Assembly: GCA_038064835.1 (NCBI GenBank) | Contig: JBBTSD010000011.1 | Coordinates: 1,320 to 65,319, forward strand | Length of the DNA stretch: 64,000 nt | Source: Patescibacteria group bacterium | GTDB lineage: Bacteria; Patescibacteriota; Minisyncoccia; Phycocordibacterales; UBA2100 | Reading direction: 5' to 3' | Shown: positions 46,391-57,027 of the stretch, one piece after another | How the letters are laid out: each line of letters starts with the position of its first letter | How positions within the stretch are numbered: position 1 is the stretch's first letter | The notes under the pieces: model-generated | Databases searched by the model: none | Told to the model about the DNA's origin: nothing | What the model saw: only the letters and a program-made list of their open reading frames with translations | Position numbers and translations under genes: made by a program

Positions 46391-47525
46391 TGTACAAGAC
46401 GAGTACATCGGTAACAGTTTGGTAGCCTTCGCATAATACTCCCACGGCGTCTGATACCCAAGCGATTGGTGTGGACGAACAAAGGCATACTCAATGAGCC
46501 ACTCGGTCACCTCTTTGTTGAACCGTTCGCAATCGGCAGTGAGATGACCGAGGGCAATGAATTCATCCTGAAGCGTACGATTGAACCGTTCGTTCACGGG
46601 ATTGTCTTTGGGTGTATGCGTACGGCTCCACCAGTCGTTGATACCCTGCTTCTCAATCGCCCTCTGGAAGTGCTTGTGGAACTCGCTCCCATTGTCATGT
46701 CCCGCATTCCATACCTCATGGTCCAAGAGATACATGAAGCGATTGAGGAAATCGGCAGCGTTCGCAGAGCTCTTGGTGGTGTACATGCGCGCGAAGGCAA
46801 TCTTGGAGACGGTGTCAATGACCGTGAACACATACCGCTTTTGGCCGTTAATCCATAGCACGATGGTATCGAGTGCAATGAGAAAGCCGGGGAATGGTTG
46901 TTTCGTGAGCTCGGTGATGCGCTTTTTCTGCGTGGAGTGTCTTCGTTTGGCCTGTGTCTGAGCGTTTCTTTTTGGGTGGAAGTACAGTCCGTGCTTCTTG
47001 ATGGTGTACTGCACCTTCCACGAGGAGAGTGGTGCCTTGTAGATGTTTTTGTAGAGCACCGAGAGCTTCATCTTGCCCCAGCGCATGTGTGCCTGTCGGA
47101 GAAGTATGATGCGACCTTCCTCAAGTGGTGTGATCTCTTTCTGTCGTACCTGTTGTGGGGCGCGACTTCGCTCCTCCAAGGTACGAAGATTCTTCCGGTC
47201 AAACCGTGTATGCCACTTCCAGAAGGTCTTGCCAGTGATACCGAAGTGACGAGCTGTCAGGGAGGCGTTCTCTCCATGGCACTGGTGCCAGATGAACCAC
47301 TCGAGGCGTGTTCGCGCTCCCTGGGAGAGCTTGAGGAGTACCGCTTGCTTCCTCCAGCGCTCTGCCTGCGACAGGAGGACCTGGGGGACGGCAGGTACCA
47401 GACGATACCCCGCTTTCATCACTGCTTTTACCATACAAAAATGGTGGCTTAGGTTGATATCCATGCCACCATTTTCCCTCAAAGGTCGAACTTTGAGGTA
47501 TTACCGATGTGTTTCATCTTCTTCA
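46391..47525 (-). mobile_element. IS481-family insertion sequence (transposase ORF 46343-47482)
   Basis: HTH plus integrase core (ALDT..DNGSEF..PKDNPVNERFNRT..RPHQSLGY.TP). Imperfect TIRs TGTACAAGACGAGTACATCGGTAAC / TGAAGAAGATGAAACACATCGGTAAT. GCTCG duplicated at 46386-46390 and 47526-47530. Confidence 0.9.
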
Positions 47526-47559
47526 GCTCGATGGAAGGAAAGTATGTCATACTGTATCT

Positions 47560-48477
47560 ATGGACGGAATGATGGATAGGAGACGGTTTCTTCGCGCTGG
47601 CACTGCGGCCGCAGCAACCTTGCTACTCAAGCCCTTGGAGGCCCTGGCTCAGACGCAGGATCTCGGAAAAAAATCTGAACGCGGCAATCTTGAATATATA
47701 AGAGAGCAGGGCATTGAGGTTTTCCGCTCTGAGTGCGCCGTGGGGGGGGTTACTGTTGACCTGCTGGAATTTCGTAAAAATGGTTCTAGAAATGAAGTCC
47801 TTTTTGTTCCCCACGACAATGAAGACGCGGCTTTTGACACTGCATTAAGATCAATTGCAGCCAGAGGAGGGTCCCTCTTTTCCTTCGACTCTCGAGGAAA
47901 TCGTGAGCTCCGAACAAATACAGGAACCCGACTCAACCAAGACCCAAATCGTATGTTCAAGCCAGGTTCACAATTCTGGCCACTCGCCGAGCATGTCCTC
48001 GGACTCATAAATCAAAGGCGACGGGCATCGAACGATGTATTAAATCCTTACATAACACTTCACAACAACGCCCCCATTGGTTCTTTCACCGCAAGTATTG
48101 CAAAATCTTTTACGGACCCACGCTTCGAGATTTTTTTCTCTGATCCTAAAAACAAGCGAGATGTCGTCTGGATTGCACTCCCTAATGCAGAACGAGGCAC
48201 CTCGCACCCGTTGCGAGTACTGGCTCAACAATTGCAGATGAGAGGAATTAATGCATTGATTGAATATGTCCGTCCTGAAGGTAGTCTGGATGGTTCTCTG
48301 TCTCAATACATCGCACGCCACACCTCTCAGGGTTATATTAATATTGAAGCTGGCATCAAACCAAACGACCCGCCACAGCTCCAAACTCGCGCAATACAAA
48401 CTTCCTTGTTGAAAAACATCTTCGAAATTATCGAGGAGTTACGAGCCAATCCACCTACAAAAACACAAAACACTTAA
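47560..48477 (+). CDS. Exported protein with twin-arginine-like signal and M14-like Zn motifs
   Basis: MDRRRFLRAG..; PHDNE, ITLHN, YINIE. Confidence 0.65.
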   Translation: MDGMMDRRRFLRAGTAAAATLLLKPLEALAQTQDLGKKSERGNLEYIREQGIEVFRSECAVGGVTVDLLEFRKNGSRNEVLFVPHDNEDAAFDTALRSIAARGGSLFSFDSRGNRELRTNTGTRLNQDPNRMFKPGSQFWPLAEHVLGLINQRRRASNDVLNPYITLHNNAPIGSFTASIAKSFTDPRFEIFFSDPKNKRDVVWIALPNAERGTSHPLRVLAQQLQMRGINALIEYVRPEGSLDGSLSQYIARHTSQGYINIEAGIKPNDPPQLQTRAIQTSLLKNIFEIIEELRANPPTKTQNT

Positions 48478-48579
48478 GTCAGAGAGATAGTCGCCGAATC
48501 CCCTCTATTGAGGATAGCTTCATCACAAAAACACAGTTTTATGGCATAGTTCCAATAGAGAGTCAGTGGAGAGGACTGC

Positions 48580-49014
48580 ATGTTCAAAAGAAGCGTCTAT
48601 CTGGCTTTAGCCTTGTCAGCCTTCGCTTTTCTGCTAGCTGTCACCCTCGGACAATGTGCCCGAGCAGACCCAATACGGCTTCCTGAGCCAGTTCGTCATG
48701 TATGGTACTTTTGCCCCTCAGCTGATGCGGTGCGCGAAGTACATCGTCTGGCGCGTATGATGGACGATTCCCTGCCGGCTGAAAAACTTGAAAAGGCCAT
48801 GGAGTTGAGTCCGATTGCCAGATCATGCCGCTTTGACATGCTTCTCATTGAGTCTCTCGAACATGTCGAGGAAATCGGGCAAACCAGTGGCGTCTCTATT
48901 ACGCTTGTGCGTTTTATGGCCAGTGGGTCTTCTACACCCTGGTACTCATGGATGCCAACAGACGACTACAGAAAGACAGTTGCCTATATTTCCGCGCGCA
49001 GCAGAACACAGTGA
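48580..49014 (+). CDS. Hypothetical secreted protein
   Basis: Signal peptide and SD GAGGA. Confidence 0.7.
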   Translation: MFKRSVYLALALSAFAFLLAVTLGQCARADPIRLPEPVRHVWYFCPSADAVREVHRLARMMDDSLPAEKLEKAMELSPIARSCRFDMLLIESLEHVEEIGQTSGVSITLVRFMASGSSTPWYSWMPTDDYRKTVAYISARSRTQ

Positions 49015-49079
49015 TAAGGCACACCTTTGGTGTGCTTTTTTGCATCTCCACTATTGTTAAGAGCTCGTCCAAGAGTGGT

Positions 49080-49643
49080 TTACAAAAAAGTTGTACGATG
49101 TTCGCGTGACGGACCCATCTTTGCAAGAGCTGCGTAGTGGGCAGTGGTGCCATACCCTTTGTGCTGCTCGAATCCATACCCGGGTATTTTTTCTGCCAGC
49201 TTCTTCATGTAAGTATCTCGCTCTACTTTTGCGAAAATTGAAGCGAGGGCAATCACCGGAAATCGCTCGTCCCCTTTTACGAATTGCTCTTGCTCCCACT
49301 CGGCACCAACACGCAACCCCCAATCAAGAAGTACTTTTGCCGTAGATGGGTCGGCATATAGTTGATCGAGCGCGCCACGAGCCGCATCACGGGCGGCAAC
49401 AGCAATCCCTCGTACATCAATATCGTGCGCACTTATGAATGACACTGCGCATGCGATACTCTGTTGCTTTATGTGCATATACCACTCGTTTCGTTTCTTT
49501 TCCGAAAGTTTCTTAGAGTCCTTCAGTCCTTCCCATAAGCGCCACTCGCTTTGTTCGAGAGGGAGCAAGACAGCGCCCACAGTCACTGGACCAGCGATTG
49601 GCCCACGACCCACTTCGTCGATACCCACCACAAACCGCTTCAT
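49080..49643 (-). CDS. rnhB: Ribonuclease HII
   Basis: GIDEVGRGPIAGPV, DSKKL, ASIFAKV.RD, HKGYGT..H. Confidence 0.97.
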   Translation of the reverse strand: MKRFVVGIDEVGRGPIAGPVTVGAVLLPLEQSEWRLWEGLKDSKKLSEKKRNEWYMHIKQQSIACAVSFISAHDIDVRGIAVAARDAARGALDQLYADPSTAKVLLDWGLRVGAEWEQEQFVKGDERFPVIALASIFAKVERDTYMKKLAEKIPGYGFEQHKGYGTTAHYAALAKMGPSREHRTTFL

Positions 49644-49688
49644 GGAGGTAGTGTAACAAAAGACGGCCAAGAAGGCCGTCTTTTAGCG

Positions 49689-50243
49689 TCACTTCCTCAA
49701 CAAATCGATGACCACACCAACCGCCTCAACAGTGTCTTCGAGTGCGTCGTATGTCGGCACAGCGTGATAGGCGAGTGTCTTTCGCAAATAACTACGATTG
49801 GAAAATTGTGGGTGAATTCCCACTACAAGTGGCAGTGGGTAATCACGATTGAATCCCACACTCTTCATTGCAAGAGCGCTCCCTAAAACAAATCCGAGCT
49901 CGAAACGCGTCGTCTGCGCATACGCCCGCTCGGGAAAATGTTGCATCTCTGGTGCGAGCCAGAACAACACTACACCATGTCGCAGTGCATGATTCAGATA
50001 ATAGTGCTCCCATCGCACCTGCTGTTCGAAGAGGTAGTCCCGTTCATTCGGAGTCATGGACTTCTCCCAGATAGACGATCGCGGACATGCAATATGCGTT
50101 GTTGGCCAGGCGACCTGAAGCATTCGAATTGCCTCTTCCTGCCAGTCGGCAGTCCCTTGGATGGGACCAGCGGTAAACACCAACGGCTCGCAGCGCAAAG
50201 GCTTCGCATGGTACACGGGTGGCCGCAGTAGTTCTGCAGACAT
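49689..50243 (-). CDS. Nucleoside 2-deoxyribosyltransferase-like protein
   Basis: VFTAGPIQG..DWQ, QV.WE..YL, FWL, TTRFELG. Confidence 0.8.
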   Translation of the reverse strand: MSAELLRPPVYHAKPLRCEPLVFTAGPIQGTADWQEEAIRMLQVAWPTTHIACPRSSIWEKSMTPNERDYLFEQQVRWEHYYLNHALRHGVVLFWLAPEMQHFPERAYAQTTRFELGFVLGSALAMKSVGFNRDYPLPLVVGIHPQFSNRSYLRKTLAYHAVPTYDALEDTVEAVGVVIDLLRK

Positions 50244-50358
50244 GTGGCTCTCCTCGATTCCCTTTTCGTCTCCGGGGTCAGTGTACCAAGTTCCTTAAAA
50301 AACAAACCTTGACGCGCCCGAAAATGCTCAGCTTCGCATATGCGTATATAATGCAGGT

Positions 50359-53300
50359 ATGTCGCGTGCTGGAGATTTTGTACACCTACATACCCACTCG
50401 CACTACTCGCTCCTTACAGCACTCCCACAAATCGACGCGTTGGTAGAGGCGGCAAAAAAAGATGGGCAAACCGCACTTGCTCTCACCGACAATGGGAGCA
50501 TGTACGGCACCATTGATTTCTACAAAGAATGCAGGAAGGCTGGGATAAAGCCTATCATCGGCATGGATGCGTTCGTAGCGCCCCGAACCCGTTTTGATAA
50601 AGAACATCGTATCGACAACCAAATGAGTCGCCTGGTGCTACTTGCGATGAACGAAGTCGGGTATCACAATCTGATAAAACTAGCATCACTGGGTAACACC
50701 GAGGGCTTCTACTATAACGCACGCATCGACCGCGAACTTATCGAACGATACAAAGAAGGTCTGATAGCAATCCTCCCTTCTTTTGCGGCCGAATCTGCAC
50801 GGCATCTCAAAGAACAAGACGAGGCTCGCGCTCAAGAATCCATCGAATGGTACCGCGCGCAATTTGGAGAGTTTTTGTATGCCGAAGTGACTCATCATCC
50901 GGAAATCGAAGGGCACGAGGACCGCATGAAAAAATGGAGTGCATTTGCTCGTACGCACCAAGTGCCCCTCATGGCGGCGCACGACACCTACTATCTTGCT
51001 CCCGAAGATTCTGTTGCGCGTGAGCTGGTAATCAAAATCAAAAGCGGCGGCCACCTGGATAGAGAAATGGGTGTCGGCGCGGAGGATTTTTCGTTCATTA
51101 CACAATCTGACGCAAAGGACCGATTCAAGGACGAACCTGAGCTTTTGGAAAATACGATGCGGATCGCAGATTTATGCAACCTGGAAATCAAATTGGGCGC
51201 GTGGTTTTTCCCCGACTTTCCTGTACCAGCCGGAAGCTCGCATGATACTGAGTTGAAAAAACTTGCTTATGCTGGTATCGAAAAACGAGGACTCGAGCGC
51301 ACTCCCGAGATTCTTGCCCGTCTTGATTACGAACTTTCGGTGATTGCGACAAAAGGGTATTCACCCTATTTTCTTGTGGTGGGAGACCTGCTCGCCCACG
51401 CGGAACAAGCCGGAATATTTACCAACACGCGTGGCTCTGCCGCCGGTTCTCTTGTGTCGTATGTGTCTGGCATTACCACGGTAAATCCCCTCGAATTCCA
51501 ACTCCCCTTCGAGCGATTTTTGAATCCCGATCGCCCATCGCCGCCAGATATCGATATGGATATTGCCGACAACCGCCGCGACGACCTCATTGATTACGCG
51601 CGCGCAAAGTATGGTGCCGACCATGTGGCACAGGTGGGCACTTTTGGCACCATGATGGCCCGTGCGGCTGTGCGCGATGTCGCGCGCGCACTGGGTCACT
51701 CATACAGTGTCGGTGACAAAATTGCAAAAATAATCCCTTTCGGAAAACAGGGATTTCCCGTCACTGTCGATGGAGCGCTCAAGGAGGTCGCTGAGCTACG
51801 CGAAGTGTATGACACTGACCCTGAAGCACGCGAGGTGCTCGATTTGGCAAAAAAAATTGAAGGAAATGCACGCCATGTGGGTGTCCACGCGGCCGGTGTT
51901 GTGATTGGCCCTGGTCCAGTCGACTCATATGTTCCGATCCAGCTGGACCCGAAAGGCGGCAAGACTATCACTCAGTACGACATGCATGCCGTCGAAGATG
52001 CCGGGCTTTTGAAATTCGACTTTCTCGGTCTCAAGAACCTTTCAGTACTTGCTGATGTAGTGGCACGAGTAAAAAAACGCCGAGACATTGTTGTCGATGT
52101 AAATCGCCTACCCAAGAACGACCCGAGGACTTTTGAAATGCTCGCCAAAGGAGACACACTTGGTGTTTTCCAGATGGCGAGTGACGGCATGACCAGCTAC
52201 CTTGTTAAATTAAAACCAACACAGGTCGATGATCTCAATGTGATGGTCGCCCTGTATCGTCCCGGACCAATGGACAACATCGATGAGTACATTGCCCGCA
52301 AACACGGCAAGGCCCAAGTCACTTATATTCACCCAAAAATGAAAGCATACCTCGACAAGACTTTTGGCGTACTGGTCTACCAAGACGACCTGCTTATGAC
52401 CGCGGTCGAGCTTGCCGGCTATTCATGGGGAGAAGTTGACCGCTTCCGCAAAGCAGTCGGTAAAAAGATTCCCGAAGAGATGGCCAAACAACATGTGTTG
52501 TTTGTTGAGGGCTGCAACAAACATAGTGGCATGGGCAAACGCGACGCTGAGGCGTTATGGAAGCTATTCGAGCCGTTCCAGGGATATGGATTCAATAAAG
52601 CGCATGCCGCAAGCTATGGCAACCTCTCATATCAAACCGCGTATATGAAGGCTACCTATCCCGTAGACTACATGGCGGCGCTTCTTACTGCGGATTCCGG
52701 CGATGTTGAGGAGGTGGGAAAAATCGTCGGTGAATGTCGCCGTATGGGCATCCAAGTATTACCTCCTGATGTGAATGAAAGCTTCACCGACTTTACGGTT
52801 GTCGACGACGCGCGCATTCGGTTTGGACTGCAAAGTATCAAGAATTTTGGCGAGGGAATTTCAAACACTATTATCGAGACGCGCACACAGGGCGGACCAT
52901 TTACATCATTATCGGATTTCCTGTCCCGCGTGACCGATCGCAACCTAAACAAAAAGTCACTCGAAGCACTGATACAAACCGGTGGCCTCGACAATTTGGG
53001 TGAACGAGGGGCACTCTTTGCACATATCGAGCTCCTTTTAAGTTACCACAAGGAGCATGCGAACGCGCCAAAAAATCAAAACTCACTTTTTGGTACCGAG
53101 GCACTTTTGACAACCTTGAAAATTCCGCCGGCGCCGCCCGCACCCATGCCTCAGAAACTCACTTGGGAAAAAGAACTCCTGGGTCTGTATATTTCCGGAC
53201 ACCCGCTCGACGCTCATAAAGAAAAACTCGCAAAGCAGAAATTCGACATCACGCAGGCAAAGGAAAAGTTGCCACCTGATACACAGACTGTTTTTGCAGG

Positions 53301-53523
53301 CATTATAGACACCAAACAAGAAATCATCACCAAGAGTGGCGAGAAGATGGCATTTCTTTCACTTGCTGATTATGGAGGGGCAATCGAGGTGGTATGTTTT
53401 CCGCGCGTACTCAAAGAGTACGGCATGCTCCTCAATCCTGGCGCATGTATTTTAGTGAAGGGGCGCATCTCGCCGCGTAATGAAGAAAAAAGTTTTGTGG
53501 CAGAAGCGATTAAGCCATTGTGA
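50359..53523 (+). CDS. dnaE: DNA polymerase III alpha subunit
   Basis: FVHLH.HS.YS (PHP), RGSAAGSLV, FERFLNP.R..PPDIDMD, KFDFLGL, FNKAHA, OB fold. Confidence 0.98.
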   Translation: MSRAGDFVHLHTHSHYSLLTALPQIDALVEAAKKDGQTALALTDNGSMYGTIDFYKECRKAGIKPIIGMDAFVAPRTRFDKEHRIDNQMSRLVLLAMNEVGYHNLIKLASLGNTEGFYYNARIDRELIERYKEGLIAILPSFAAESARHLKEQDEARAQESIEWYRAQFGEFLYAEVTHHPEIEGHEDRMKKWSAFARTHQVPLMAAHDTYYLAPEDSVARELVIKIKSGGHLDREMGVGAEDFSFITQSDAKDRFKDEPELLENTMRIADLCNLEIKLGAWFFPDFPVPAGSSHDTELKKLAYAGIEKRGLERTPEILARLDYELSVIATKGYSPYFLVVGDLLAHAEQAGIFTNTRGSAAGSLVSYVSGITTVNPLEFQLPFERFLNPDRPSPPDIDMDIADNRRDDLIDYARAKYGADHVAQVGTFGTMMARAAVRDVARALGHSYSVGDKIAKIIPFGKQGFPVTVDGALKEVAELREVYDTDPEAREVLDLAKKIEGNARHVGVHAAGVVIGPGPVDSYVPIQLDPKGGKTITQYDMHAVEDAGLLKFDFLGLKNLSVLADVVARVKKRRDIVVDVNRLPKNDPRTFEMLAKGDTLGVFQMASDGMTSYLVKLKPTQVDDLNVMVALYRPGPMDNIDEYIARKHGKAQVTYIHPKMKAYLDKTFGVLVYQDDLLMTAVELAGYSWGEVDRFRKAVGKKIPEEMAKQHVLFVEGCNKHSGMGKRDAEALWKLFEPFQGYGFNKAHAASYGNLSYQTAYMKATYPVDYMAALLTADSGDVEEVGKIVGECRRMGIQVLPPDVNESFTDFTVVDDARIRFGLQSIKNFGEGISNTIIETRTQGGPFTSLSDFLSRVTDRNLNKKSLEALIQTGGLDNLGERGALFAHIELLLSYHKEHANAPKNQNSLFGTEALLTTLKIPPAPPAPMPQKLTWEKELLGLYISGHPLDAHKEKLAKQKFDITQAKEKLPPDTQTVFAGIIDTKQEIITKSGEKMAFLSLADYGGAIEVVCFPRVLKEYGMLLNPGACILVKGRISPRNEEKSFVAEAIKPL

Positions 53524-53624
53524 ATAAGAGCATATTTACAGACTGTGTCAAATTTAATTGACGCAATGCCCTGGTTGTGATATATTCCACTGAGCCTGTA
53601 CGAGAGAGAAGGATACCTTTTGAC

Positions 53625-53924
53625 ATGGGATTGAACCCCTCATCACGAAATGCCACCGCCTTCAAATTGCTCGCCATGTCATGCGCGCAAACTATGGCCT
53701 CTAGCTCGTTCAGCGAGCGCAATCAGCATCGGCTGATGCTCGCTGAGGCAGCCCTTGAGTTTGGGCTTTCGCACGCGGATTCTTTTGCCTTCGTGACTGA
53801 GCTGTGTGAAGCTGCTGGCTTCCCTGCTTTCGAAGGCGCACTTGCCAATAAATCACCCGCGCCAAAAGTGCGCGTTCTCTCCGATACGACCCGCCCTTCC
53901 CACTCGTTGAGGGTCGCCGCGTAA
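53625..53924 (+). CDS. Hypothetical protein
   Basis: Short ORF with upstream AAGGA and downstream terminator. Confidence 0.45.
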   Translation: MGLNPSSRNATAFKLLAMSCAQTMASSSFSERNQHRLMLAEAALEFGLSHADSFAFVTELCEAAGFPAFEGALANKSPAPKVRVLSDTTRPSHSLRVAA

Positions 53925-53965
53925 GGAAATCAGTGGGTTCGGGTAGGCATACTGTACAGATAAAG

Positions 53966-53997
53966 AAACGCCCCTGGAAATTCCAGGGGCGTCTTTT
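53966..53997. terminator. Bidirectional terminator
   Basis: ACGCCCCTGGAA-A-TTCCAGGGGCGT between convergent genes. Confidence 0.7.
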
Positions 53998-53998
53998 A

Positions 53999-55753
53999 TT
54001 ACAGTGAACACTTCTTAAGCCCAGCGAGGCGTTCCGCCGATGGGCTATATCGATAATACGAATCATACCTGATTCGTACGACAATCGAGCACGCCATTTT
54101 GTCGCCCGATGCGATGATGTGGTCGTACAATTTGTTCCGTTCATTCTGAAGGTCGCTGAATCGCGGTGCCATACCTTCAAGAATCTTCGCCGAATGGATA
54201 GCGGGAAATTCGAGTGCGAGAGCGAGTACTCCCTGCAATGCTTTTCCCCCGTCGTCCACACCTGTCAGAGCCCACACCACCCCAGAAAGAAGACTGGGCT
54301 CCGTACGAATACGCATTTTGAGTGCGTCCATGAGCTCTGTGCGCTCACTTTCCGCAAGTATTTTTCCTGAGAGAATACTGATGGGTGCATACCTGCCTTT
54401 CTGAAAATCGGTCTCGCGTAACTCGAGTACTCGAGCCAGAACACGCCGGCGCTCCACAGGGGTTAATTTGACGCGATTATATCGCAGTTCATGCTCGATA
54501 TCGCGTATCTCGCCGGTGATCAAGCGTACAATAGCTGCTTCCCGCTCAACTTCGTCAATCGACTTGCCTTCAGCAAGCATGCGGTCGACAAGTGCCGTGT
54601 CCACACCGCGCGCAATGACAATGCGTAGCGCGTTTCGTTCGGTATCCGTAAGCGGTATAGCCATAGCGGCCATAGTACTTTTATAGTCCAGTGCACGCCT
54701 GGCGCACCCAGGGTGATTGGTCTTTTTTACAGCACTGCGAATACGCTCACGGTCGGCATCAGTGAGGCCAACCATTTCTTGCATTACCGTGAGGAGCACG
54801 CACGCGGCGTCGGTGCGCAGGTACAGAGCATCCCACATCGGTGCCCGTGCCGCGTCTGACAGATGTGACATGCGTGCGAGAACTTTGTACAAGTCATACG
54901 CGGAGACACTCGTATCTTCAACTACCACCTTCAAGAGTTGCTCCGCCTCGTCAACTTTGAGATTGTAGCGATTCCCCACCAGAAATTTTGCCGCAACCGA
55001 TCCCATTTTTTCGTTGATTACTTCTGGAACAGTATACTGATCGCTCCACAAATCACTCTGGCCATAGTAGCGACGACCGAAGTGGAATGTGATTTGGGAA
55101 AACGGACACATGCTAGTCGCATATGCCTTCGCGCCAGCTTCACAGTAGAGCTTGCGAAGACTTTCGCCATCATTCTTGAGGAGAGCAAGACGCGCCGACC
55201 TCTTTTCTTTGTTCACTAGCTCGAAGATTTCATGGTTAATGTCGTAGGTGGCACTTACCAAAGGTTTGTCTTTTCTCCATGCGCGTATTACTTCGTCAGT
55301 AAATGCAACGGAGACCGTGAGTTCGCTAAGTTCATGCTCGGTTCGTACAGCGCGAACCACACGATAGTACTGTTGCCCCACGATGATCCACCCCGACTGA
55401 CGCGTGTGCATGTTTTTGAATGGGTATGCAACAGTGCCATTCGTGTGGACGAGCGCATCATGTTCTCTCACGCTTTGATGCGTGTAGAAGCCGATAAGCA
55501 GTAGATACGCCGTAGCCACACACGAGAGTGGCAGTGTGAGTATCCAACCAAGTGACCGCGAATGCGCAATCCAAAATGCGGTGAAGCCCAAACTAGCGAC
55601 CGCAAGCGCAAAAAGAAATGCCATGGTCGGCGTCTCTTGAATCAGCAGATAGTCGGCTTGTGAGAGAGCGAAGCGTGTGAGCACTCCACCAAGCGCAATC
55701 GTTGCCACTGCGATACATGCTCTTTCGAACACGCGCACTGTTGTTGCTTTCAT
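53999..55753 (-). CDS. Hypothetical membrane protein with helical-repeat C-terminus
   Basis: 584 aa; three N-terminal TMs; SD GGAG. Confidence 0.75.
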   Translation of the reverse strand: MKATTVRVFERACIAVATIALGGVLTRFALSQADYLLIQETPTMAFLFALAVASLGFTAFWIAHSRSLGWILTLPLSCVATAYLLLIGFYTHQSVREHDALVHTNGTVAYPFKNMHTRQSGWIIVGQQYYRVVRAVRTEHELSELTVSVAFTDEVIRAWRKDKPLVSATYDINHEIFELVNKEKRSARLALLKNDGESLRKLYCEAGAKAYATSMCPFSQITFHFGRRYYGQSDLWSDQYTVPEVINEKMGSVAAKFLVGNRYNLKVDEAEQLLKVVVEDTSVSAYDLYKVLARMSHLSDAARAPMWDALYLRTDAACVLLTVMQEMVGLTDADRERIRSAVKKTNHPGCARRALDYKSTMAAMAIPLTDTERNALRIVIARGVDTALVDRMLAEGKSIDEVEREAAIVRLITGEIRDIEHELRYNRVKLTPVERRRVLARVLELRETDFQKGRYAPISILSGKILAESERTELMDALKMRIRTEPSLLSGVVWALTGVDDGGKALQGVLALALEFPAIHSAKILEGMAPRFSDLQNERNKLYDHIIASGDKMACSIVVRIRYDSYYRYSPSAERLAGLKKCSL

Positions 55754-55939
55754 TTTTTTCTACTCCATTTCTCAAACAGCAAAAAACAGCCGTGTGGCTG
55801 CTCGCTCAAAAAACCTTACCATTATTATGTAAAAAGGCAAGGGCTCGCGTATAGAACGCGAGCCCTCGGTAGTTGTGTCGCAGATCCGGTGGGTCACCAG
55901 CCCGTGAAGGTGGTGGGGCTCCTCAGCAATAGAGGAGCA

Positions 55940-56653
55940 CTAGATTCGGATACCGTACTGCTGCCACGACTTCTTGACGCCGTCGATCATGCCGAGCGGC
56001 ACGGGGCCAGGGATCACCTTGCCGTCGTAGAGCTGGCCGAACTTCTTAGGCGTATTGAAGTATGCTTGGCCCGGTTTCATCGGGCTCTCGAGAATGAAGG
56101 AATTCGGCGGGACGGTAGCCCCTGCCTCGCTCTCGCTCTCGCTCGTCCTGAACTGGATCGACTCGTCGCCGATCTGCCCGTGAACGATGACGGGCACCAT
56201 CTTTCTGATCTCGAAGACCTGGATGCCAGGCCCGTAGAGATTGTAGAGATGGTCGGCACACGGGTGCTCTCCGCGAGGAACGACCCGAACGGGGCCGAAT
56301 TCGAGAAGCGTACCGTTGTTCAGGTACTCGTCGTGGCGCGGAGTGGACTTGTCCATCCCCTCGGGCCAGAACGAGACCACCTTCGGGTCGGCGCCGTCGA
56401 GGTTGAGCTCACGAACCTGGTGCCAGTAGGCATCGGAGCTTGCCACATGCATTTCCCACGGCGCGAGCACCCTGGTGCCTTTCGACACGGGAGTCGCATA
56501 GAGGGTCGTCGAGACCGGAATGGCGTGGCCCGCCGTTCCAGGCTTTGTCGGAGGCAGATGCCTGATCGAGTGCACGGTCGGCGCGGCGGCAGTCTTGGAG
56601 GTTGCCACTGCGTCGCTCGAGCTCGTACCAAACAGCCATGTCAGAAAAGACAT
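55940..56653 (-). CDS. Hypothetical protein (GC-rich)
   Basis: MSFLTWLFG start after GAGG; strong GC3 bias on the minus strand. Confidence 0.7.
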   Translation of the reverse strand: MSFLTWLFGTSSSDAVATSKTAAAPTVHSIRHLPPTKPGTAGHAIPVSTTLYATPVSKGTRVLAPWEMHVASSDAYWHQVRELNLDGADPKVVSFWPEGMDKSTPRHDEYLNNGTLLEFGPVRVVPRGEHPCADHLYNLYGPGIQVFEIRKMVPVIVHGQIGDESIQFRTSESESEAGATVPPNSFILESPMKPGQAYFNTPKKFGQLYDGKVIPGPVPLGMIDGVKKSWQQYGIRI

Positions 56654-56720
56654 TTGGGCCTCTTTCGTTCTCTGGTTCCCCGCACGCGGATGCGCACGGT
56701 AGGCAGGGCGCACAAATCTT

Positions 56721-56881
56721 ATACCATCGACAAGTAAGGTTTGAACAAAAGTCGCAGAAAATTGTGGGTATGGCGATGAAGAAAAAAGTGAAATATATCC
56801 GCAGATACATTGAGATTTTTTCTTCGAGCTATAGCCATAATCTTCAAGACTTGGTGTTCAGAGATTAGTTGGAGATGGTAT
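56721..56881. repeat. 161-bp ERIC-like element, copy 4
   Basis: Near-identical to copies 1 and 2. Confidence 0.9.
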
Positions 56882-57027
56882 TAGTTGAAAATTGCGCCCT
56901 CTCTGCCGTGCACAATGCTGAAAAGCCTAGAAAACAACTGTATTTCGCTATTCTTTTTATATTATATACCTTTTATAGCATTTTGTCAATAGAACGCAGC
57001 GGCCACTAGCCGTGCTACGATGTCGCC

